From Minutocellus sp. GHC0000111 (lineage: Eukaryota): a stretch of DNA of 64,000 nt. The notes beneath the pieces are model-generated. The model was not told the DNA's origin. It did no database searches and was given only the letters and a program-made list of their open reading frames with translations. The translations under genes were made by a program, and so were the position numbers. How positions within the stretch are numbered: position 1 is the first letter of the stretch; the number at the start of each line of letters is the position of its first letter. The stretch is from positions 1,178,001 through 1,242,000 of the forward strand of contig OZ361258.1 in assembly GCA_977018835.1 (NCBI GenBank), in the 5' to 3' direction. Below, piece after piece: positions 54,647 to 64,000 of this stretch.

Positions 54647-56338
54647 ATGAGATACCTATCGTCTGATCTGTTCCGTCGTCGGAATTCTTCGTCCAACCAG
54701 CAGCGCTATCCCACCCGAAGGCGCCATCCCCATCTCCCACCTCTGTACTATTCTGTTCAGAATCGTCGATGGGCTGAGGTCCGACGCAGAGTCAGAACAC
54801 ATCCACACGAAATCTATGTCCAGGAGGAGCTCAGTGGCAACACACCTCTGCACGTCGCGTGTCGCCATGATCCGCCCGTCGATATCGTACGTCTACTTCT
54901 TCGATGTGCTGACGTAAAGAATTCTGATGGCGCCATCCCACTACATTTGGCTGCAAGTCATCGCAGCTCGGCCGATGTGATCCGGGCCCTCATCGAAGAA
55001 GGTTCAGAAGCGTGTCAACGACCCGAAAGAGAAGAAGAAGAAAAAGAGTGCGGTCGTGCTATTCCTTGCCCATCGCCGACGCAGGCTCTGACCCGCATCG
55101 GACGTACGCCAATTCATTACGCATGCATGTCGTTTCGTGGCCTGGGCGTTGAAGCCTTCCAGGTCCTCCTCGAGGCAACAATCAAGGCTCCAGAAGCTTC
55201 ACCTGATATCAAACAGAATGAGGATATCATCGATCTCGACGAAATGTCTTTGATGAGCAAGGATTCGAATGACGACGAAATGAAGGAAGGTGCTTCCACC
55301 AACGCCATGACTCTACGCGACAAGACCGGCCAAACAGCTCTGGGGCTGCTATTTCGCCGATATCGGGAACGCGTTCGTTGCGTCATCAAACTAGTCGAGG
55401 CTCATGCCAGAGCACATGGTAACAACCTTATCCACTCTAATCAATCGACTGCTGCTGCCCAGGCTGTACAAGCCGATCTCGGCGAATTGTGGGCAAAATC
55501 TCGTCTGATCGTTTCGACAATGTCTGAATACCATCTCCAGCGGGACGATTTCGAGCGCGCCGACAGCTGCATCAGTGATTTCTCGACGTGTCCTGCCGAA
55601 TCAGCGGCAGCTCAAAAGGCAGCGGCTTTGGCAGCATCGAAACACCAAGCCTGTCCATCGGAAGAAGAAGATCATCTTTCCACTGGTCGAAAGTTTCGCA
55701 TCGTTCATGCGAGTGTGGGTCTGACTGGCTATGGCTGCCCACCGGAGATGATTCGCCTTGCCATCTCAGTTCATCCTCATCAGGTTTGTGAGATGGACGA
55801 GGATGGGCGCCTGCCGATTCATCTGGCTGCTATAGCTGCATCTTCGGTTGCTCCGATCGATTATACTCCACAACTCGATGACGATAGTGCTAGTATCTAT
55901 ACTTCCAATACTTTCATGAGTTCCGTCACCAACGCAGACGTGAAAAATCCATTCGACCAGATCATTAGAATATTGCTTCGCCACTACCCTGATTCGGCAC
56001 GGATTCCCCACGGCAAGCACGGCAGACTTCCCTTCGCCCTGGCGATTGATGCTGGGCGACGAACATGGGAAGATGGACTCAAAGCTCTTTTCAACGCCTA
56101 TCCTGCAGCAGTTGATAGCCGCGACGACATCCCCCCTCATCTCTATCCCAACATATTCACTCTCATTGGCAAAGCATATGATGAAAATGAAGGTGATAGA
56201 AGTGCTATTGTAAGAAGCCGACCTACGGCATACCAGAGAAGAACGCGTCTAGCCTTGAAGCAAAACAAGACTTTATCGTCAGTGTTTGATGTACTAAGGG
56301 CAAAGCCAATTCTAATTGTACCAAAGGAGGAGTTGTAG
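54647..56338 (+). CDS. Ankyrin repeat protein
   Basis: GNTPLHVAC, GAIPLHLAA, GRTPIHYAC, GQTALGLL, GRLPIHLAA and GRLPFALAI. Confidence 0.9.
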   Translation: MRYLSSDLFRRRNSSSNQQRYPTRRRHPHLPPLYYSVQNRRWAEVRRRVRTHPHEIYVQEELSGNTPLHVACRHDPPVDIVRLLLRCADVKNSDGAIPLHLAASHRSSADVIRALIEEGSEACQRPEREEEEKECGRAIPCPSPTQALTRIGRTPIHYACMSFRGLGVEAFQVLLEATIKAPEASPDIKQNEDIIDLDEMSLMSKDSNDDEMKEGASTNAMTLRDKTGQTALGLLFRRYRERVRCVIKLVEAHARAHGNNLIHSNQSTAAAQAVQADLGELWAKSRLIVSTMSEYHLQRDDFERADSCISDFSTCPAESAAAQKAAALAASKHQACPSEEEDHLSTGRKFRIVHASVGLTGYGCPPEMIRLAISVHPHQVCEMDEDGRLPIHLAAIAASSVAPIDYTPQLDDDSASIYTSNTFMSSVTNADVKNPFDQIIRILLRHYPDSARIPHGKHGRLPFALAIDAGRRTWEDGLKALFNAYPAAVDSRDDIPPHLYPNIFTLIGKAYDENEGDRSAIVRSRPTAYQRRTRLALKQNKTLSSVFDVLRAKPILIVPKEEL

Positions 56339-56422
56339 AGAAGGATCTGGTTGTTGTGTGCATATTTCAGTATCGGTAGGAGGCGTAGGCGTAGTGTTGT
56401 TGAAATCATTTGTGTAGCAGTA

Positions 56423-56563
56423 CTAAAGATAATATATAATGCATATCTCACACCTATATATAAAAAACAGAGTTGAATTGATTGCAAAAGGGCTAAAGAT
56501 AATATATAATGCATATCTCACATCTATATATAAAAACAGAGTTGAATTGATTGCAAAAGGGCT
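56423..56563. repeat. Two-copy ~70-bp AT-rich tandem duplication
   Basis: CTAAAGATAATATATAATGCATATCTCACA(C/T)CTATATATAAAAA(A)CAGAGTTGAATTGATTGCAAAAGGG repeated at 56423 and 56493. Confidence 0.95.
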
Positions 56564-56564
56564 G

Positions 56565-58636
56565 CTACCTTAAACTCAGTGAAGATATGTCTATATCTAC
56601 CTCGTAAAACCCGCAGCGGCTGTAGTAGCCAAAGACATGCCGCTGCAAGCTTGGTCTGTACACGGCTTCCAACTGCGGCTTCTCCATCATACATTCTCCC
56701 TCGACGTATGCGACTAGCTGCTCCCAAAGATATCGCTCTCCGTCCCCCTTTGCAAAATATAGCGAATACGGCTTTTGAAGACCAGCTTCTATCCGTATTC
56801 GATCGTAGAATCCATCACCATCAAAGTCTCCTACACAATGATCCCCAAGCCGGCTATCGGAACCGAGAAGAGTGCGCTTCGGAACCTCTCCCTCGTCACA
56901 GTATTCGAAAACAAAATTATCTGGATTCCTAGATCTGAGAAAGAAGCACCAGTTCTCTGCTTCGTCGGTCACCTTTGTCATCATTAGTTTCGTTTCTGGA
57001 TCTCGTTCCCACTTCCAGCTGGTACTTGCTTTGTTGAACTTCCCTTCTTTGTAATGAGTGTTGTCATTGCAGTGTGCTGCGTGTCATGGGCGCCGTCGGG
57101 ACTTGTCAAATCGGCCCATATGTTGCCATAATTGTCGTAATCTACAAAGTCGTTGAAGATTGTTGAGATCGAGCTCCCCATTTCCAAGCTCTTCTTCTCC
57201 CATCGGAATAAGAGCATCAGAAGAGACATCAGAGTGCTCGTAGAGAATGTAGATCGCCAAATCATATGGTGTGGGTTTGCTGTAGTGTTCCTCAGGAAAG
57301 TGGGAGGTTAAATCGTGTTCAACACGAATAGTGCTTTCGGGAGGAATCTCAACATTTAGTGGCACGACAGCATCAAATGGCGCTGACTTCTCGCCTGGTC
57401 TGTGCGGTACCGGGCAAATTGTTTTGACCTCCTTCCCATCGATTAGGAGCCGTATTCGCGTGTCGCCGGCGACATAGTGATTTAACATGCTTCGGAAAAT
57501 TCCAAGGCCGCGCACCCGCAGTGGGCTGTCCTTTGCGTTTTTGAATTCAGTAAGAGGCATCACTTCCGAGTTGGGTAGCGGAAATATCGATCTATCACGC
57601 AACGGTGAGCGAGCAGATCGCAGTCCAAGTCCGCTTTGATTGCTTCCTGCGCCGGTGTCGGATGGAACGATCAATGCTTGGAAATTCAAAGCAAGTAAGT
57701 CCAAGCTTGTTGCAACATTACCAAGCCCGGGCACTTCCACCGGGACCTTTGGCGCGTCCCGAACTCTCACTTCATCTTCTGGCAGTGGTGTAAAACGTTT
57801 GGACGTGAAAATCTTGCTAACCGATGCAATATCCAGCTTGGTGCCTGGACGCAAGGGAAATCCGCCCGGCCCAAAATCAAATGTTATCTCATCAGTCGAC
57901 TCCTCATCGCCACCGAAATAGCTCTCATGAGTGCAGAATACCTCTTCGCCGCTGCTAACGCTGTTCTGTTTGCTCTGCGGTACGATGGTAACGCAAACAT
58001 CGCTCTCCACCCCTCGTCCTTGTGAATTGCCGTATAATTCAAGGACGCCGTCAGCCCCAGCAGCCGATGTTCGTCGTTGTCGGTGTTGAACAGCATTGAA
58101 CTTCCCGTGCTCAATATTGGTCCATTTGGAAACTTGGAGCTGCGAGCCTGGAACAGTATTGCATCGTGCTCTTCGGCGTCCCCTTGCGATTTGAGAAACC
58201 CATCCCCGATGAGAGGCGTTGCCGGAAAGCCCTTGACTATGACGGGGTTGGTGGGTTTCGCATTGGCACTGTTGGCGGAGGAAGATTGTTGCTCATTTGG
58301 CGCTGCCTTTTCTACCGCTGGGCAGTTATACGGGTTATCAACTTGCACTTATACTTGCCTAGCCACGATGGTAGGTATGCTGCCACTGTTATTCGTACCA
58401 CCCCTGGTCCCCTTTTTGATGAAGAATGACGAGTTGCTCGCCGTTCGTCCAGGTGCCGAACGTATGGAGATGTAGGCAACTGCAGCGACTGTCGATGCAA
58501 TTCCTATCCGAGCGAGGAACCCTCCTTGCTGCCACTTCACTATCAAGGAAAGTAATAACCGATGTGGTTTGGAGGAAGCCATGTCTTTGGTAGGGTTGGG
58601 CATAGCAACGAGATGCTGGGCGGCGTATCTCCTCAT
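56565..58636 (-). pseudogene. Interrupted gene for a probable type II membrane protein with a C-terminal GDFDGDG motif
   Basis: Colinear ORFs 58349-58636 (TM), 57884-58348, 57084-58010, 56984-57265 and 56565-56984, separated by a stop and several frameshifts. Confidence 0.55.
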
Positions 58637-59032
58637 GCCGCTAACGCATAACGCATGTGCCGAGCCGATAAAAATGAGACCAGGGAGGGCTAGCTACGTA
58701 GGGAGTTCCCAACATCTCTTTTCCCCTTTTATCGTCTGAAGAAACCCGGATGAGCCCTCGAGCCGCATCCAGTCAGCCCAGCCCAGGTTGCCGAAGATCC
58801 CATCAGAACTACAATGCGGCCAGCAACACGTCAGTGTCAGTGGAACCTCCTTCCCTCCAGTTGCTGCCGATAATCTTGGAGCCTCCATTCATTGCCAGTA
58901 AATCAATTCGCAACCGCATCAGTACACGTGCGAAATCAATATTCTTCGCCGCTGAGTCAGATTTCTTCCCCGCCCCGCCGAAAGTAGACCGAGCAGTTTA
59001 GCTTGACATCACCATAAAAACGAGAAAGAACC

Positions 59033-60094
59033 ATGCCCCTCGCAACCAAGAAGATACCGGTACTTGCCACCGCATCGCTGTGCCTTGCGGCCCCAATGCA
59101 TTCGTCGGCTCTCGAAGGTCTGTCGTCCAATGTCCTCCATGGAGCCCAGGAGGTCTTCCACCAGGCACAACACGTGGCAGTTCCAATTGTAGCCACGCTC
59201 CAGGAGACGGCGGCCGCCATCCAATCCGATCCCGTCGCCTCCAAGGTCCACGACGTGGTCCGGCACAGCGCCCAGAACGTTCATTTCAACCCTGCTAATT
59301 CCAAGCTCCTCAAGTCCTACGGCGATCTTCTGGTGACGCACCCGCTCGAAACGAAGGTAGGGACAGCGGCGGTACTGGCGACGGTGGGCGACGCCATTGC
59401 TCAAAAGTCATCCGATGCCTCCAAGGAGTACGATTTGAGTCGGGGCGTGTCCTTTGCACTGTTTGCGGCCATGTACACGGGAGCGTTTCAACACTATTGG
59501 TTTGGATGGGAAAATACAAAATTGGCGTTCACTGCCGCCGAGCTATCGCCGACGCTGGCACTACTTTTCGCGTCGGCAGCCGTCCTTCCCATTGCCAAGC
59601 TTGTTTTGAATCAGTTCGTGGTGGTGCCGTTTCTGTACATGCCTTTGTTTTTCGCCTTCACGGGACACATGGCTGGCCTTTCGGCGGAGGAAAGTTTGGA
59701 CCGAGCGAAACAAATGTATGGGCCGATTATATTGAGGAACTACTCTTACTGGCTACCAGCACAATTCATTCAATTTGCCTTGATTGCGCCGGAGTGGCAG
59801 ATCCCGTATGTTTGTTTCGCAAGTCTGATATGGACCATCATTCTTTCATCAGTGAGCAGCGCAACTGCCACCCCCGCCGAAGCAGCTGCTGCTGCTGCAG
59901 TCAACATTTCCCCATCGTCAGTCGAAGCTATCGATATCCCAGCAATGGGTGTGCTCGATGGGGATGTCGTTACCCTCGATGACATTGGTGATAGCCTCGC
60001 CGAAGCCACGGTTGAAGTGACCGATGCCCTGCTAGAGATGACATCGGGTGCAGAATTAGAGACCGAAGCATCACAGGTGAATGCAGGACCGTAA
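59033..60094 (+). CDS. Mpv17/PMP22 family membrane protein
   Basis: HPLETKVGTAAVLATVGDAIAQ, YDLSRGVSF, YTGAFQHYW, KLVLNQFV..P and YWLPAQFIQFALIAP...WTIILS. Confidence 0.93.
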   Translation: MPLATKKIPVLATASLCLAAPMHSSALEGLSSNVLHGAQEVFHQAQHVAVPIVATLQETAAAIQSDPVASKVHDVVRHSAQNVHFNPANSKLLKSYGDLLVTHPLETKVGTAAVLATVGDAIAQKSSDASKEYDLSRGVSFALFAAMYTGAFQHYWFGWENTKLAFTAAELSPTLALLFASAAVLPIAKLVLNQFVVVPFLYMPLFFAFTGHMAGLSAEESLDRAKQMYGPIILRNYSYWLPAQFIQFALIAPEWQIPYVCFASLIWTIILSSVSSATATPAEAAAAAAVNISPSSVEAIDIPAMGVLDGDVVTLDDIGDSLAEATVEVTDALLEMTSGAELETEASQVNAGP

Positions 60095-60738
60095 GAGGGT
60101 GGGATACCAGAGTAGTATCATGTTGTAAAGTAAATGCCAGCTAGCTAAGGTAGATCTGACGAATCTGAGCTGCATGGTAGTCGTCGGAGCGCCCTGATTC
60201 GAATTTCATCAATCTTTGCCGTTGGTGGGCTATTGGTTGGTGTACGGAACCATTGGGCGGTCGCTGATCTTTCTCTCACGAAGCCCGAGAGCATAAGTTG
60301 AATCCGGATGCAAATACGATGAAGGCAAACAACAAGCCTTCACGGAGAGCGTCGATACTTCCTTGGTTCGCCTCTGGCTTCGGGATGATTGGTTCCGAAC
60401 AGATTCATTCAACGAAAGACAATAGGACACAAGTGTGACTGCTTGAGACTGCTACTATGATTATATAATGAATATTTGACATCTAAAGCATTCCTCTTAT
60501 TTATCATCTGCCTTATCAACAAAGCGCATCTGCAATGATCTGGTCCGCATTTTTTTTCTCCAAAGGAAAAGACAACGCCGAAAATGGAGGGGCCGCGCCA
60601 TGTGGCTGCGAATATCCCACTCCAAAGCCAAATCATCCACGCTCGACCCGACACACAACATTCAGGTAACCCTTCCAGACAACCATCCGATGATGGTGAT
60701 ACCGAATCGCCGACATCATCACCTTCATCTTCGCAAAT

Positions 60739-62750
60739 TTAGAAGCACTTCCTGTGGACGATGGAGGGGCCGGACTCGTCGTACTCCTCCTTGCTGATCC
60801 ACATGGACTGGAAGGTGGAGAGGGAGGCGAGGATGGAACCTCCGATCCAGACGGAGTACTTGCGCTCGGGGGGTGCCACGATCTTGACCTTGATGGAGGC
60901 GGGGGCGAGGGCGGTGATCTCCTTGGACATGCGCTCGGAGATGCCGGGGAACATGGTGGTGCCGCCGGACAGGACGATGTTGGCGTACAGGTCCTTGCGG
61001 ATGTCGACGTCGCACTTCATGATGGTCTGGAAGGTGGAGTCGGCGATGCCGTCCATCTCGAGGCCGGTGAGGTTGGGCTGGAAGAGGACCTCGGGGCAGC
61101 GGAAGCGCTCGTTGCCGATGACGATGATGTTGCCGTCGGGGAGCTCGAAGGACTTCTCGAGGGCGGAGGACTCGGCGGCCTTCTTCATCTCCTCCTCGAA
61201 GTCGACGGCGACGAAGCAGAGGGACTCCTTAATGTCGCGGACGATCTCGCGCTCGGCGGTGGTGGTGAGGGAGTAGCCACGCTCGGTGAGGATCTTCATG
61301 AGGTAGTCGGTCAGGTCACGTCCGGCAAGGTCGAGACGGATGACGGCGTGGGGAAGGGCGTAACCCTCGTAGATGGGGACGGTGTGGGTGACGCCGTCGC
61401 CGGAATCGAGGACGCAGCCGGTGGTACGGCCGGAGGCATAGAGGGAAAGGACGGCCTGGATGTTGACGTACATGGCGGGGACGTTGAAGGTCTCGAACAT
61501 GATCTGGGTCATGCGCTCGCGGTTGGCCTTGGGGTTCTGGGGGGCCTCGGTGAGGAGGACGGGGTGGGCCTCGGGGGCGACGCGGAGCTCGTTGTAGAAG
61601 GTGTGGTGCCAGATCTTCTCCATGTCGTCCCAGTTGGTGACGATGCCGTGCTCGATGGGGTACTTGAGGGTGAGGACACCGCGCTTGGCCTGGGCCTCGT
61701 CTCCGACGTAGGCGTCGCGCTGCTCCATGCCGACCATGATGCCGGGCTGGCGGGCGCGGCCGATCAGGGAGGGGAAGACGGAGCGGGGGGCGTCGTCTCC
61801 GGCGAATCCGGCTGTTTAGTCATGTGGTCGTCGCGAAGGGTTTGGATAGGGACGGGTCCGGCGGGGTCATGACCAAGTAATGCATTGATTGCCAAGCCAA
61901 CAAATAAATACCGCATAATAAATGATGCATAGTGATTGTGCCCATATCAGTCAATTCAGGGTTCGTCGCAATCGCAAAATCAGATGCAATGCACCAGTCA
62001 CCAATGCACGGTAATCCGATAGCGAATAGCAATTGCCAAGTGGATCGGTTCGGTTCGGTCAGGGTCAACACGTGTGATCAATCATTCAATTGAGGGGCAA
62101 CGACGAACCGAGATAAATTATTAGCCGACAAACCGTCAAAAATGGAACCAAGGCAAGATACCGCGCGCAGAGAATGTGCCACGAGTTTGGGTTGGTGGCG
62201 ATTTCATGGTAAGTTCATCGTCAAAGAGAGAAGAGACAACAAGAGAAGGGGGGGGTGGAGGGTTGGGTGAGTGGTTGCTTTGCTTGCGTCGGCATTTTTG
62301 GTGGACGAGTGAGGTATATAAACTTTTATACGGATCTGAATATTTTTCAATGTTCGTTTGGTCCCGATTTTGCCTGATAAACGGCCATGAACGAGGGGAG
62401 AGGCTGGGGAGTTGTTGTTGTTGATCGTCCGCTCGGTGCGCTCAATGAAACGCCAACCATGGCGGCGGTGCAATGGGTACCGGGAGTACGATGGCGGTGG
62501 GGTGCGATGCTCATCCCAGGCTTGCGCATCGACTCAACAAACAAATCGTGCCAGTGAATGTTGATTCCCAGCAATGCCCACGATGTGCCAGTATCTCGTG
62601 CCCCGACAAAAAAATGCCCCGGACGACTTTCACTTCGTCGCGTCGCCCCAATCGGAGCGCCGACAACATACCGCATCATTTGCACTTACCCTTGCACATT
62701 CCGGAGCCATTGTCGATGACAAGGGCGGCGATATCCTCTTCGTCAGCCAT
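60739..62750 (-). CDS. ACT: Actin (377 aa); exon 1 62690-62750, intron 61812-62689, exon 2 60739-61811
   Basis: [35 protein letters not shown]...IVHRKCF, with a GTAAG...ACAG intron and strong codon bias. Confidence 0.99.
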
Positions 62751-64000
62751 GGTTAGTTATTGGATCGTTTGCAGGTCTTGCGTTCAAAAGTGAGCTGGAT
62801 GCAAGCTGGAAGGCCAAACTTTCCGGGTTACGAATGACTGTGCGAGGTCGGTCAAAGTAAAACATGAAAAATGGGACCGGCGACCTCGCACCATCGCATG
62901 CTCGCAGCGCAGCCACATCTCGCAAGAAGCAGCCGGAAGCCGGAAGCCAAGAAGAAGCTTGCTGGAAGTAGCTTGCTTGGTGCCTGCAAGGGCGTATGCC
63001 GCATGCATAAGAGGTCTCCCATCAAACATGACATGACCCGCAACTGTACGACGTCAGCTCTTGGCGCCGGTGGCGGCACGTTCCCGTCGGCGCAGTCTTC
63101 ATCTTTGTCGACGACCTTCGCCTCGGCCTCCTTCGTCGTGGTCTGGCCCTCACTCGTGCTGGCCCTCACTTCGATTGCGATTACATGTGCCGTCGTCAAT
63201 ATCAACGATGCGTCTTCTTCTCAGAGCAAATACTCACCGCCGCATAGGAACGAATGGGGCGGGCGCGGTTTCCTGGCCCAGATTGGTCTGCTGGTCTGCG
63301 CGACCGTCCTTCATGCATCGTCCATCTGGAGGTCTCAGCGTGACGAATCTTTCTCTTTCAACGCCGACGCCACATCGAAAACCGGTAATGATGATATCCC
63401 TCCAGATCCACAAGCAGTACTGAATGCGTCGGTCTTTCTAAAAATTTTCGTCAACATCGTGTTTCATTTGGCTGCTGTATCTTGGAATGAGTATCACAGC
63501 AGCACCATCACCGCCAAGTACCGCTATTGTCATGTCTCGACAGACACAACGCGCTCGATATCGATCGCCAACCTGGGTCCAGTGGTTTATTCAATCCTTC
63601 CGATTATGGAAAGTAGAGGGAATGGCAAGGCAAGGAACCTACACAATTACAATCAATGGCACATGGCGATGGTGTCTTATGTTTTGGTCCTGCTTGTCGC
63701 ACAATTCCTCCAAAGGCTGATAAAGAAGCGGCGGGGACAGCGCAGTGTTCTGGCTGGGATACCGTTGGCCAATGGTTACGCACATGTGGGTGATGGCGAA
63801 GGAGCAAGAGCAACGATGCCACCCCCGCGTCCTGATAGATGGCACGAATGGTCTGCCGAAGAGGTGTCCGATTTGGTGTCGTCTCTGCCTCAGTTGGGGT
63901 CTTCCGGTCCAAACAGCATGGCTTATAATGATGGTTTCAGCATCGGGCGGTCGAAATTCAAATCCAGAGAAAGCAACCAACACTATGCGTCGCTTCTGCG

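Noticed and set aside
56423..56563. CRISPR-like repeat
   Set aside because: Two contiguous copies with no spacers, a eukaryotic context and no cas genes.
60754..61872. 372-aa plus-strand ORF opposite actin
   Set aside because: Shadow ORF caused by extreme codon bias. Actin's low TA content is also due to codon bias, and its TAC Tyr codons are retained.
62852..63983. Short ORFs upstream of actin
   Set aside because: No recognisable motif or consistent exon structure within the window.

Overview
Eukaryotic genomic DNA, most likely from a diatom (inference from GT-AG introns, CoDi-type copia elements, ASAF-like plastid presequences and stramenopile-type actin). The window is gene-dense with about 27 host genes. 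Recognisable ones are an SDR, a 2OG-Fe(II) oxygenase, an FSH1 hydrolase, TrmO/TsaA, MED21, a six-hairpin glycosidase, organellar GyrA, RUS1, a CRAL-TRIO protein, a plastid kinase-like protein, a stand-alone ACAD10/11 kinase domain, two ankyrin proteins, Mpv17 and actin. There are two transposons: the 5' part of a Ty1/copia LTR retrotransposon (1-4253) and a 4.8-kb Tc1/mariner element with ~47-bp TIRs and a second cargo gene (27080-31893). Most notable: (1) both transposons have 5' tracts almost devoid of TpA, with apparent Tyr->Cys/His changes on both strands, suggesting an 'inverse-RIP' A->G hypermutation of repeats; (2) copia gag and pol are in one frame, separated by a single UGA followed at once by a strong stem-loop (candidate readthrough); (3) both elements appear to carry Tudor-like barrels. 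Several single-base frameshifts, mostly at homopolymers, suggest residual assembly indel errors. All counts are by eye and all family calls come from motif recognition, not database searches.
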